Below are positions 39,284 through 48,671 of a stretch of 64,000 nucleotides of DNA, piece by piece (the stretch's first letter is position 1; each line of letters starts with the position of its first letter). The position numbers and the translations under genes were made by a program. The notes beneath the pieces were generated by a model that was given only the letters and a program-made list of their open reading frames with translations, searched no databases and had not been told where the DNA came from. The stretch is taken from positions 1,852,169 through 1,916,168 of the forward strand of contig CAVQHD010000001.1 of assembly GCA_963712275.1 (NCBI GenBank), written 5' to 3'. The stretch comes from an uncultured Rhabdochlamydiaceae bacterium (GTDB taxonomy: Bacteria; Chlamydiota; Chlamydiia; Chlamydiales; Rhabdochlamydiaceae).

Positions 39284-40018
39284 TTAGATAGTGTTCCGAA
39301 CTTGCGCTTCCCACTTTTTGACATAAGCAAGAAGAGCTTCCTGATTTGGTTTAGAGGCAAAAAACTCGAGAGCCGAAGGCTGACTTCCAAGGTGAGCCAG
39401 CTTCGAAAGGAGGTGAAGATGGGTCTTATCAGAGGCTGAAAAAAGAAAGAAAAGTGTGTGAACAGGCTGTCCATCAAGCGCTCCATATTCAATCGGTTTT
39501 TTAGGAAAGACGGTAATGATAGTATCCGAGCCGGGATGTTCCAAAATAATATCTCTCGGATGAGGAACAGCAAGCCCTGAATTTAACGCTGTTGGCATCA
39601 AAGCCTCACGATCTAAAAGAAGTTCAAGGGTGACATCGGGGTCAAGTCCCAGAGAAGGAGCTCCTCTCTGCGCCACCATTTTAATCAGCTCTTTCTTATT
39701 TTTCGCTGAAAGGCCCGTGATAACACCCCCTTTAAACATCGCTCGGTAGAGGCTATAATGTTGGGTGCCAGATCGGTTTTTTACCGTCTCTTCTTTTTCA
39801 GTGACAACAGGATAAATTTGTTTTTCTTCGAAAGGAGAGAAACCGTCTTTTCCAAGCCTTAGCTTACACTTCATCATCCAATCTTCAATTTCACTGCGGC
39901 TAAATCGGTCTTGGTGATTGAGTCGATAAGCCGGAATTTTTCCATCTTTGAGCCAGCGCCGCACGGTTGTTTCAGAAACATTTAGCAGTTCCGCAACATC
40001 TTGAATTTCTAAATCCAT
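39284..40018 (-). CDS. ptsN: PTS EIIA(Ntr)-like protein with N-terminal excisionase-type HTH
   Basis: DVAELLNVSETTVRRW HTH; LDREALMPTAL...AVPHPR; HLHLLSKL. Confidence 0.9.
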   Translation of the reverse strand: MDLEIQDVAELLNVSETTVRRWLKDGKIPAYRLNHQDRFSRSEIEDWMMKCKLRLGKDGFSPFEEKQIYPVVTEKEETVKNRSGTQHYSLYRAMFKGGVITGLSAKNKKELIKMVAQRGAPSLGLDPDVTLELLLDREALMPTALNSGLAVPHPRDIILEHPGSDTIITVFPKKPIEYGALDGQPVHTLFFLFSASDKTHLHLLSKLAHLGSQPSALEFFASKPNQEALLAYVKKWEAQVRNTI

Positions 40019-40019
40019 C

Positions 40020-40580
40020 CTAACATCCTTTAAATAAATCAATCACTTGTCTTGCCGATGTCGCCCTTAAGAGAGCTTTCCTTCGCTCTGAATCTTTGAC
40101 TGCCGTCGTCAATCGGGATAAAATATTTAAATACTCCGTTTGCCTATTATCAGGTCCTCCAATCATAAAAATCAAATGAACTTGTGAGCCATCAAGAGAA
40201 TTCCACTCAATTCCTCGACCCTCTTGCACCCCAATTGCGATAAAAAACTGCTCATATCCAGCCAGTTTTGCATGGGGAACAGCAATTCCAAGTCCAATCC
40301 CTGTCGAAACAATTTTCTCACGATCTAAAATCGCTTGATGAAATCGACCTTTATCTTTGAGTTGATGGGCTAAATCAAGCGCTTCAATGAGCTCTTCAAT
40401 CGCTTGCAGCTGTGTCTCCGATTTTAAAAACACGACAAGGCGGTCATCTAAATAGTCTGTGAAAGACACAGGGCCATCCTTTTTGAAAAATTGTCGCAGA
40501 AATTTGAGAAGTTTTTTAGGATCGAATAATCCTTTCCACCCCCCACCTCGATATTTCCAGCTTTGCTGTAAAGCGGTCAT
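40020..40580 (-). CDS. ptsN: PTS EIIA(Ntr)-like protein
   Basis: DREKIVSTGIGLGIAVPHA, WNSLDG; start uncertain. Confidence 0.88.
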   Translation of the reverse strand: MTALQQSWKYRGGGWKGLFDPKKLLKFLRQFFKKDGPVSFTDYLDDRLVVFLKSETQLQAIEELIEALDLAHQLKDKGRFHQAILDREKIVSTGIGLGIAVPHAKLAGYEQFFIAIGVQEGRGIEWNSLDGSQVHLIFMIGGPDNRQTEYLNILSRLTTAVKDSERRKALLRATSARQVIDLFKGC

Positions 40581-40605
40581 AGGCTCCTTACCTGCTACCG
40601 ATTAA

Positions 40606-40717
40606 AGAGGTAGCTCGCAAAACTCAAGGTTCAGTCGATTTTCGGGTTCTTTTGAACCGATTTTCGATCCAAATAATCCCGAAAATCAACAAACCCTGAG
40701 TTTTGCGAGCTACCTCT
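40606..40717. repeat. Palindromic element, partly collapsed; related to the 55988-56162 element
   Basis: AGAGGTAGCTCGCAAAACTCA ... TGAGTTTTGCGAGCTACCTCT; interior GTCGATTTTCGGGTTCTTTTGA is shared with about 56025-56050; right end overlaps the dut stop. Confidence 0.88.
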
Positions 40718-41165
40718 AAACTCCTGTGTGGCCAAAGCCCCCTTCATTACGAGATGTTGTCGAAAGAGCCATTTCAACGACAAAATGAGCTCGAACCACT
40801 GGAGCGACTATCAGTTGGGCAATCCTCATTCTATCGAGCACGATAAACGGCTGGCGCCCGTGGTTGATGAGAATCACCCCAATTTCTCCACGAAAATCGG
40901 AGTCGATTGTCCCAGGAGTATTGAGCACTGTAATTCCGTATTTAAGCGCAAGCCCACTACGAGGACGCACCTGAATTTCATAACCTTCAGGAATCGCTAC
41001 TTTGATTCCTGAAGGAATTAAAGCCGACTCCCCTGGTTGAATCGTGATCTGCTCTGAGAGATGAGCACAAATATCGGCTCCTGCAGCAAGATCTGAAGCA
41101 TAATAAGGTAGCGGTGCCTCTTCAGAGAGAAGAATAGGAATTGCAATTTCTTTACGATTCGACAT
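40716..41165 (-). CDS. dut: dUTP diphosphatase
   Basis: [40 protein letters not shown]; start at MSNRKE. Confidence 0.96.
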   Translation of the reverse strand: MSNRKEIAIPILLSEEAPLPYYASDLAAGADICAHLSEQITIQPGESALIPSGIKVAIPEGYEIQVRPRSGLALKYGITVLNTPGTIDSDFRGEIGVILINHGRQPFIVLDRMRIAQLIVAPVVRAHFVVEMALSTTSRNEGGFGHTGV

Positions 41166-42126
41166 CGGCAAGCTCTTGTGTTGATAATGCAATAAGTTTT
41201 TTAAGATTCTGCGGCAACTTGCCCAGGACTCCGAGAGCTCCAAGGGCTCGAGGATTGACAGATCGATCGAGCATAAAATCCCGCTCATTGCCAAGCAGAA
41301 AACTCAAGAATGAGCTTAACGTATTTTTCAATTGATGTCGATTAACAATACAATCAATCATTCCTTTTTCAATGAGAAATTCCGATTTTTGCGCTTTAGG
41401 AGGCAGTTTTTGACCAATCGTTTGCTCAACCACTCTAGGACCTGCAAATCCAATCAAAGCATCAGGCTCTGCAATAATAATATCTCCAAGCGATGCAAAG
41501 GAGGCGGTAACTCCGCCTGTTGTCGGATTCGTCAAAATGGAAATGTAAGGAAGCCGTTTTTCGTGAAGTTTAGCAAGGGCAGCTGAAGTTTTTGCCATTT
41601 GCATCAAAGAGAGGATCGATTCTTGCATGCGGGCGCCCCCCGATGCAGAAACAACAACGACAGGAAGTGCATGGTCAATCGCATATTCAATGATCGATGT
41701 CATTCTCTCGCCCACAACAGAGCCCATTGACCCCGCCATAAAGCTAAAATCGAGGACCCCCAGCGCTACAGAGATCCCATTAATTTGACATGTTCCAACG
41801 ACCGCGGCCTCATCACGCCCTGTCGATTGGATAGCCCGGTTCAACCGATCGATATACGGCTCCGTGTCAGTAAACTGAAGAGGATCCACCGACTTAAACT
41901 GGGTAAACATTTCTTGAAACGTCCCCAGATCTGAGAGAAGCTCGACCCTTTGAAGACCCGTTAACCGGTAGTGGTGATCGCATTTAGGACAGCAATGCCT
42001 ATTCTCTTGAAGTTCATTTGCATGGATAAGCTCATTGCAGTGGGCGCATTTTACCCACCCGCTGAAGCTATCTTTCTTCGTACTTGTAATTTTAATTTTC
42101 GGCTTGTTGCTTGAAAAAAGTCCCAT
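41152..42126 (-). CDS. accD: Acetyl-CoA carboxylase carboxyltransferase subunit beta
   Basis: WVKCAHC...CPKC zinc finger, [31 protein letters not shown]. Confidence 0.97.
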   Translation of the reverse strand: MGLFSSNKPKIKITSTKKDSFSGWVKCAHCNELIHANELQENRHCCPKCDHHYRLTGLQRVELLSDLGTFQEMFTQFKSVDPLQFTDTEPYIDRLNRAIQSTGRDEAAVVGTCQINGISVALGVLDFSFMAGSMGSVVGERMTSIIEYAIDHALPVVVVSASGGARMQESILSLMQMAKTSAALAKLHEKRLPYISILTNPTTGGVTASFASLGDIIIAEPDALIGFAGPRVVEQTIGQKLPPKAQKSEFLIEKGMIDCIVNRHQLKNTLSSFLSFLLGNERDFMLDRSVNPRALGALGVLGKLPQNLKKLIALSTQELADVES

Positions 42127-42208
42127 GTAATCCAAATTTTATTTACCTCCATTATAGGCGATTCGGGATTAAAATTCTAGCAAACGTTCAAACTAGATGG
42201 GTTCTTGC

Positions 42209-43123
42209 TCAAGAACTCTTTACTTTAATGGCTTCCCAGTACTTTGATAATTTTTGGATATCTGTTACTAATTCGGTGACGGTCTCAAGGTTGTCAAAAG
42301 CAACATTATCTCTTATTTTATCCGGATGAAAGTGCACCAAAAATTTTTTACGCAAAGCACTCGGAGAATCAATTTCTTTACTAATATCCTCTAGTTTTTC
42401 ATTCTGAAATTGTTCAGATTTTGCATAACATATTCTTATCATTTCATGAATCCGGCTAGCAAAAATCTCCTCCAGACAGTTGTTAAATTTCTTGAAATCC
42501 CAAGGAGGCATTGGAGGCAGTTGATCAACCGTTCTTTCTACATACCAATAAAACCGAATACGCTTGACCAGTCTTATGACCGCATTCTTAAAACTTATTA
42601 CTAAAGAGGGAGCTACATGATCCTTGGCATAAGATGATCCTACTCTATTAAATTCTGTAACCCATGACTTTAAATGGGTGTGAAATTCAGTTGCTAACTC
42701 AGATCCCTTCTCCTCTTCGTCAAGCCATTTGTCCATTTCACTAACATCAGGCAACTCTCGAGGATTGATATTTTGAAACCATTTTAAGGCATGGTTATCC
42801 TGTAGAGATTTGTGAAAGTTACACCTATAAATCCAAACATCTTGCAATGATTTTATCAACTCAGTCAAAAAAAGCTTTTTAACATTATAAATCCCTTGTT
42901 CCCATTCTATTATTCCTTTACCTGTATCGTAAACGACAGGATCCACATGAGTAACGAAATTCATTCTTAAGCCAGAGTCCTTATTCGTTCCAGTAGTGAT
43001 ATAGGCTTTCTGAGTCGATATTTTTGCAATATCCTTGATAACAACTTGCATCAGAAAATTCCACATGCGCAAATCGCTAGCTCCAGTTATGGGGAGCTGC
43101 TGAGTTGTAAAAACTGATGACAT
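42209..43123 (-). CDS. Hypothetical protein with a C-terminal J-domain-like HPD motif
   Basis: AT-rich 304-aa ORF; ALRKKFLVHFHPDK near the C-terminus. Confidence 0.6.
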   Translation of the reverse strand: MSSVFTTQQLPITGASDLRMWNFLMQVVIKDIAKISTQKAYITTGTNKDSGLRMNFVTHVDPVVYDTGKGIIEWEQGIYNVKKLFLTELIKSLQDVWIYRCNFHKSLQDNHALKWFQNINPRELPDVSEMDKWLDEEEKGSELATEFHTHLKSWVTEFNRVGSSYAKDHVAPSLVISFKNAVIRLVKRIRFYWYVERTVDQLPPMPPWDFKKFNNCLEEIFASRIHEMIRICYAKSEQFQNEKLEDISKEIDSPSALRKKFLVHFHPDKIRDNVAFDNLETVTELVTDIQKLSKYWEAIKVKSS

Positions 43124-43175
43124 GAAACAATTATAACACTTTTAAAGTTATTTGTCTGGTTTTACCGCTTGGTAT

Positions 43176-43615
43176 CAGCAATTCCAAATTTAAACTTGCC
43201 AAGCCCATCCTTTTGACCCTTAGACGTCTTATCATCAATACTCCCGCCTTCGGCGCTTGAACTAAAGTTCAAGGCACCTCTGTTGGGCTTGTTCTCTTTT
43301 TGTTTTTTCCCTCAAACACCGTCCGCTGGCCATTTGATCTTTCATGTTTTCTCAAGTGCTTTTAGCGCTGCTGCATAGAGGCTCTCCCAACTGTCGTACG
43401 ACTGTAGCTCTAGAGCATTACGGAGTAGATCGATGCATCTCCTTCGAGCACTGGAAGCTTTAAAAACCTCTGTTATCCCGTCTTGCTCAACCAATCGGAG
43501 CAATGAGCTCTTCGACGTTACTCTCTTTCACTTGTAAGCTCGTCACATACTCAAAACGGTGAAGTTCTTTCCCCGTGTGGGGATCGATTTCTACACCGCT
43601 GATAAAACGGGAATC
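43176..43615 (-). mobile_element. Degraded IS remnant (DDE transposase fragments plus one probable terminal repeat)
   Basis: Minus-strand fragments HRFEYVTSLQVKESNVEELIAPIG* and RRRCIDLLRNALELQSYDSWESLY resemble the C-terminal half of IS4-like/ISNCY DDE transposases; ends at CAGCAATTCCAAATT. Confidence 0.55.
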
Positions 43616-43698
43616 GCTCTATGAAATCAATCCTAGATACATAAAAACAACATCTGTTATGATTTTTCTCTTTAATTAGCAAATTCGGAATCGCAAAT

Positions 43699-45051
43699 AT
43701 GACAAAAACAAAATTTAAAGAAAAATTAAAGTTAATCTTTCTACCTGCTATTTTACTATCAACATTTTTATCCCTTAGCAGTACTTTGTTTTATCAAGCT
43801 CGAAACTCCATGATTAGCACGCAACTAAATCCTCTCCAAATCCCGCTTCTCAAAACACTAACAATTCTCCCACAAATTATCCTTGTACTTGCGCTACTGA
43901 TTATTTCTAAACATAGATCTTTTGAAAAGATCTTCAAATATACTATATTAATACTTATTGGAATCCTATCTATCCTTACTGGACTAGTGACTTTTCAAGA
44001 CCATCTTTATTTAGAAAGCCTGGCGACAACAGTAGGGCATATGCTACCTGAAGACATGGCGCCTATATACAAGCCGCTTATTTCTAACTGGATAATCTCT
44101 CTATTTTATATCGTATCAAGCCTGGTTAGCTTCAACCTCGTTTCCGTGTTCATCTGGGGATTTATCAATCGTCTTACAAACACCTCTGAAGGGATTAGGT
44201 ACTACTTATCATTAGCCTTTATCCTAGGACTTGCGGGTTCGGCAGGAAGCTTGGGGCTGTTGTTGGGGACAAATAAATGGCCTTTAATGGCTATAATAGT
44301 ACCCGCAATAGCCCTCATGGCCTGTGCTCTGATTACATTCAACTGGTCGTGGAAGAAGCTTCCAGACACTCTCCTCTTTCCTAAAGAAACATTGACAAAT
44401 TCACAAACTCAATTTCCTTTTTTGAGCGCAGCCTATCTTTTAGCCGGCTGTGTTATGGTCAAAAATCTTCTAGCTATACTTTTCAAATCTCAGCTTAGAA
44501 TTCACCTTCCTGACGCCGCCACCTACTGGACATTTATGGGTCGTTACTCGCTAACAGTTGGCTCATCTACAATTCTGATTTCTATTTTGTGGTTGGTAAT
44601 TGGAACCTGGCTCTTACTCAAAAAAGGCTGGCGCACTACCGCTATCTACGGCTCATTATCTATGTTTATGGGCGGACTTATCTTTTTAAGCGTAAGCGCT
44701 ATGACCGAATCAATATCCTGTCTGAATCAAGGAGTCTACACAGCCCTATTAGGGAGTACTACAAGTGCTCTATTCTTTCCCCTCATTCAGATATTGTATC
44801 TTTGCTTGCCCTATCAGATGCGCTTTAGAGCAAAAGTGACTACAGAAATGATTGCACTTCCTCTCATGGAAAGTGTTCCATCTCTGACCGTTCAAGGGCT
44901 CATTGTGATATTTGGATCTTTAAGCGCTATCGCTCCCTATATCAAAACGCTTATGCCTATTTTTATAGTCCTGCTGATTATTGCAAGCGTAAAAGTAAGC
45001 TCCAAATTTTCAGATAATTCTCTTTTACCTCTGCCGGTTAGACAACAGTGA
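43699..45051 (+). CDS. Divergent TLC/Npt-family nucleotide transporter
   Basis: About 12 TM; FIWGFINRLT...EGIRYY, KKGWRTTA and LFFPLIQILYLCLP...RAK echo Npt motifs. Confidence 0.72.
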   Translation: MTKTKFKEKLKLIFLPAILLSTFLSLSSTLFYQARNSMISTQLNPLQIPLLKTLTILPQIILVLALLIISKHRSFEKIFKYTILILIGILSILTGLVTFQDHLYLESLATTVGHMLPEDMAPIYKPLISNWIISLFYIVSSLVSFNLVSVFIWGFINRLTNTSEGIRYYLSLAFILGLAGSAGSLGLLLGTNKWPLMAIIVPAIALMACALITFNWSWKKLPDTLLFPKETLTNSQTQFPFLSAAYLLAGCVMVKNLLAILFKSQLRIHLPDAATYWTFMGRYSLTVGSSTILISILWLVIGTWLLLKKGWRTTAIYGSLSMFMGGLIFLSVSAMTESISCLNQGVYTALLGSTTSALFFPLIQILYLCLPYQMRFRAKVTTEMIALPLMESVPSLTVQGLIVIFGSLSAIAPYIKTLMPIFIVLLIIASVKVSSKFSDNSLLPLPVRQQ

Positions 45052-45089
45052 AAATCAGCTGAAAAATCCTGAACGCACAAAAGATTTAA

Positions 45090-45695
45090 TTATTTTCTTG
45101 CTGCTTGGTATCTTTCGGCTACATTCGCCCAATTGATGATATTCCAAATATTTTTAACATAGTCGGCACGGACATTCATATACTGAAGATAGTAAGCATG
45201 TTCCCAAACATCAATCCCTAAAAGCGGCACATGCCCTAACGTGCTCAGAGGATCTTGGTTAGCGCAGGTCGAAAGCACCAATCTCTGCGATGCCTTGTCA
45301 AACCCGAGCCATCCCCATCCAGATCCTTGGATGGCAACCGTCATCTGAGACATTTTTTCTTTCAAGGCATCAAAAGTACCAAATTGCGATTGAATCGCCT
45401 GAAGCAATTCCCCTTGGGGAGCGTGGCCTCCTCCTTTGGAACTCGGGGCAAGATTAGTCCAAAAAATCGAATGATTAACATGCCCTCCCCCGTTGAATTT
45501 AATTGCCTGCTGAAGGGCAATCATCGCACCGATGTCATTCTTTTTTTCCGCTTCATGATACTTTTCAAGCGCTCCATTTAAATTCGTGACATACCCTTGA
45601 TGGTGTTTTGTGTAGTGAAGCTCCATGATTTTCCCAGAAATCACAGGCTCAAGAGCTCCGAAATCGTACGGCAACTGAGGTAATTGATAAGTCAT
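45090..45695 (-). CDS. sodA: Superoxide dismutase (Fe/Mn family, Mn-like)
   Basis: [40 protein letters not shown]; true start MTYQLP behind a GGAG RBS. Confidence 0.95.
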   Translation of the reverse strand: MTYQLPQLPYDFGALEPVISGKIMELHYTKHHQGYVTNLNGALEKYHEAEKKNDIGAMIALQQAIKFNGGGHVNHSIFWTNLAPSSKGGGHAPQGELLQAIQSQFGTFDALKEKMSQMTVAIQGSGWGWLGFDKASQRLVLSTCANQDPLSTLGHVPLLGIDVWEHAYYLQYMNVRADYVKNIWNIINWANVAERYQAARK

Positions 45696-45737
45696 AGAAT
45701 TCTCTCCTTTTTCAAAAAAGATACAGCTCTTTCTTAT

Positions 45738-45898
45738 TATACACAAACAACTTGAAGAATCGGGAATTTGACAAGGAGACTCCTCATCATTCTTGTCTTC
45801 ACTCGTGCCTTGCCTACCGGCAATGGTCACTTGCTCCAGACAAGAATGATGAGGAGCCTCCTTGTCAAATTCCCGATTCTTCAAGTTGTTTGTGTATA
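45738..45898. mobile_element. TA-flanked palindromic MITE-like element (about 60-bp arms) inserted in the hemD stop codon
   Basis: TA-tacacaaacaacttgaagaatcggg...cccgattcttcaagttgtttgtgta-TA, 1 mismatch in the arms; removing it restores GAT GGT TAA TAA. Confidence 0.85.
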
Positions 45899-46519
45899 AC
45901 CATCAACCTTTTGCAAAGCCTCTTCTGTAATAGGCCCTATGCAAGTCCGTTTGATATGTTTCGGAATCGATCCATAAAGCGCCATGAAAGCCTTTACCGC
46001 CGACGGACTTGTAAAGATAATTTCTTCAATAATCTCCAGTGGCGGAAGATAGGACGGCCTCTCAAAAAACGTGTCGTATAAATCGTAAATTTGATGTCTG
46101 AATCCACTCTCTTCCAAAAACCTGCCAAGAAGAGGGCGTGCAATTGAAGAGCGTGGGTAGAAAAAGTAAGGGTTATCCAAAGGTAAGGTCTTCAAAAGCG
46201 CCATCATACCTTCCTGAGTCTCAGGAGAGGCAACTGATTGAACCGCCAAGCCATATTCCTTCACCTTTGCTGCAGTGGCCATTCCAATAGCAAAAATGCC
46301 TTTTTGCTTTACAATGGCCTGCTTGTCTACAACCAATGCGTCAAGCAAAATACGTACCGCATTTGGACTTGTCAAAAGCACATGTGTAAACTGATCAAGA
46401 TTTTCGAGAATTTGCGCAGAAATTGGGCGGGGGCAGGTGCGAATTAGAGGAAGGTGGATAAACTTAGAACAGCCTTGGAATCGAGATGGGTCCGTTCCTA
46501 GATAAAGAATGTGTTTCAT
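45881..46519 (-). CDS. hemD: Uroporphyrinogen-III synthase
   Basis: [44 protein letters not shown]; start at MKHILYLG. Confidence 0.9.
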   Translation of the reverse strand: MKHILYLGTDPSRFQGCSKFIHLPLIRTCPRPISAQILENLDQFTHVLLTSPNAVRILLDALVVDKQAIVKQKGIFAIGMATAAKVKEYGLAVQSVASPETQEGMMALLKTLPLDNPYFFYPRSSIARPLLGRFLEESGFRHQIYDLYDTFFERPSYLPPLEIIEEIIFTSPSAVKAFMALYGSIPKHIKRTCIGPITEEALQKVDGYTQTT

Positions 46520-46523
46520 CCAA

Positions 46524-46572
46524 TTGACAGTGCGGGAACCCAGTCCTTTAGGACTGGGAGGAGGAAGCACTG
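46524..46572 (+). mobile_element. Orphan IS200/IS605-like end hairpin
   Basis: TTGAC-AGTGC...CCCAGTCC-TTTA-GGACTGGG-AGGA...GCACTG; no tnpA/tnpB adjacent. Confidence 0.5.
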
Positions 46573-46722
46573 CTCCCTCCCTGATTTTAATCTGCTTTTC
46601 CTTTAAACTTCTATCCGTTTAGAGTGTCCAATGGCATTAAGTTGTCTCTGGCTCGGGAATTTCCCGACTCTACGTATTTAGTCTTCGGACTGGCGCAAGA
46701 AACAGACGCTTAAATCTGACTC

Positions 46723-47766
46723 TTACTCAATAACAGTGAAATCCCGCAGACGATCGATTTCTGAAGGAGGATGATCATTCTCCTGGGTAAGAAACACTAA
46801 ATTCTCCAGGTTATCGATTTCTGGAGGAAGCTCAGTTATACAATTGTTCTCCAGGTGCAAAAATTCTAGATTGTGCAGGTCTCCAAGTTCTGGAGGAACC
46901 GTAGTAAGAAAATTATTACTAATATTAAGAGTTCTTAGAATCGTTAATCTGCCAATTTCTTTGGGAATTTGGGTCAGGCAATTGTTCTGCAAGTCCAAAA
47001 GATCTAACTCCTGCAAATTTCCGATTTCTGGAGGAAGATCAGTAATACGATTGTTATCCAGGTACAAATATTCTAAATTCTCCAGATTGCCAATTTCTTT
47101 GGGAATTTGGGTCAAGCGATTGTTGCTCAGGTTAAGTTGCGTTATATGCGTCATCTCAAAGAATTGTTTAGGCACTCTTACAAGTTCGAACTGCTCTAAA
47201 CTCACCACCTCCATTTGCGACGCTTCAGAATCGGGATTTTTCAATGCTTCGGAAAATTCAAAGTTAAGGCAAACAACATCTATAAGGATGGTATTAACAG
47301 AAATCACTTCATCCCCAAATCGGGATAATCCAATAATTGAGCAACATTCTCTAAATGTTTGAGCTTCAATAAGCTGATTAATAGCGACACAATCACCAAG
47401 AGTGCTTTTATCCGTAAGTTGAACCAAAGAATGAAGGCTTAAGTCTAGAAGCTGTCCGTTTAGATGACTATAAGCTGCTGCCTGAGCGTTTGACATAGAA
47501 GGGTAACATTGAAGGAATTGAGTTGTATTATTTACAGATCTAGGCAAACAATCATAAATGACAGAAAAGCAGTGCTTTATATACTCGTTACACGACTGTA
47601 TTTGGTAGAACGAATGACAAACAAGGGCTGTTTGGCCTGGATTATCTGCATAGATTAAAATTTGTGTTATTGTTTCTGGGGGTAGAGTATCAAAAGTCTC
47701 ATTCCACTGCCGATTAGCGCCTCCATTAGAAGAAGGAACAATAGCATTATTAATTGGCTGTGTCAT
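46723..47766 (-). CDS. F-box-like plus leucine-rich repeat protein (candidate effector)
   Basis: FDTLPPETITQILIY...LVCHSF; at least five 23-aa LRRs (LxLxNNxLTxLPxEIGxL). Confidence 0.88.
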   Translation of the reverse strand: MTQPINNAIVPSSNGGANRQWNETFDTLPPETITQILIYADNPGQTALVCHSFYQIQSCNEYIKHCFSVIYDCLPRSVNNTTQFLQCYPSMSNAQAAAYSHLNGQLLDLSLHSLVQLTDKSTLGDCVAINQLIEAQTFRECCSIIGLSRFGDEVISVNTILIDVVCLNFEFSEALKNPDSEASQMEVVSLEQFELVRVPKQFFEMTHITQLNLSNNRLTQIPKEIGNLENLEYLYLDNNRITDLPPEIGNLQELDLLDLQNNCLTQIPKEIGRLTILRTLNISNNFLTTVPPELGDLHNLEFLHLENNCITELPPEIDNLENLVFLTQENDHPPSEIDRLRDFTVIE

Positions 47767-47975
47767 AAAAACCCCTTTTTTTAAATATTAATTTCTAATT
47801 ATATTATTATATTATAATTTAATTTTTAATATTTTTCAATTATTTTCTAAATATTATTAGTATTTTTTAGAAATGTCCTGTAGGTGACAATAAATGGCTT
47901 ATAATGAAGGAGATATAAATATGAAAAGGATTATAGTTATGATTATCAATGAGTTAGAAAAAAACCGCTGACAAC

Positions 47976-48671
47976 TTATTTTCTGTCAATCTTGTGAAAA
48001 AGATGCTTCATTTCTTCGTCATCTTTTCGAGCGATGATAGCAAGGCGTCCCTGTAAAGGAGCGGTCTCTACATCGAGGCGAAGGCGAGGACGATCGAGGA
48101 GGCGGAGCCGGATAAGCGCCGCTTCTGCCATGATCAACCCATCGACCTTTCTCGTGTCGAGAAGCTCTAGCCGTTCATCGATGGTTCCTCGAATATCGAT
48201 ACACTCAAGATCGGGCCTCCAGGCTTTAAGAAACATTTCACGCCGAGCCGAGGAAGTACCAATGCGCGCGCCAAGACGAATGGGAAACTGTTTGACAACG
48301 AGCGAATCGGAAGAATCGACACCTTGCGTCAAAGCGATGACTTGGAGTGCAGGGTGCAGAGGATCGGGAAGATCTTTTGCCGAATGAATCGAAATACGGA
48401 ATTCTCCTCTTGCTTGCCTTGCATCGATTTCATCAGTAAAGAAATTGGTTTTGTCGAGAAATTTTAAAGAGGTGGTTTTATCGAGATCTCCTTTTGTCAC
48501 AACCCAAATGGGCTCAAATTGGATGTTGGGGAAAAATTGCCGAATTTCTTGATAAACTTCATCCACCTGCACCTTTGAGAGGCTGGAGCTACGAGCGCCG
48601 ACTGAAATAGGTCCCTTAGGGCCCGTCAATGACGGGCCCTTAAGAGAGGAGCTCATCAATGGCCTGCTCAA
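47976..48671 (-). CDS. hemC: Hydroxymethylbilane synthase (short form)
   Basis: GARSSSLS, TKGD, FFTDEID, HSAKDLP, GTSSARR, IRGTIDERL, APLQGRL. Confidence 0.92.
   Translation of the reverse strand: MSRPLMSSSLKGPSLTGPKGPISVGARSSSLSKVQVDEVYQEIRQFFPNIQFEPIWVVTKGDLDKTTSLKFLDKTNFFTDEIDARQARGEFRISIHSAKDLPDPLHPALQVIALTQGVDSSDSLVVKQFPIRLGARIGTSSARREMFLKAWRPDLECIDIRGTIDERLELLDTRKVDGLIMAEAALIRLRLLDRPRLRLDVETAPLQGRLAIIARKDDEEMKHLFHKIDRK

Noticed and set aside
45696..45884. 63-aa N-terminal extension of SOD in the ORF track
   Set aside because: It is translated largely from the palindromic element; the real start is MTYQLP at 45695 with an RBS.
47906..47971. GAAGGAGATATAAATATG (similar to the T7 gene 10 leader) followed by a 16-codon ORF
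   Set aside because: There is no properly spaced promoter or other vector sequence, and the context is AT-rich; probably chance, though a micropeptide cannot be excluded.
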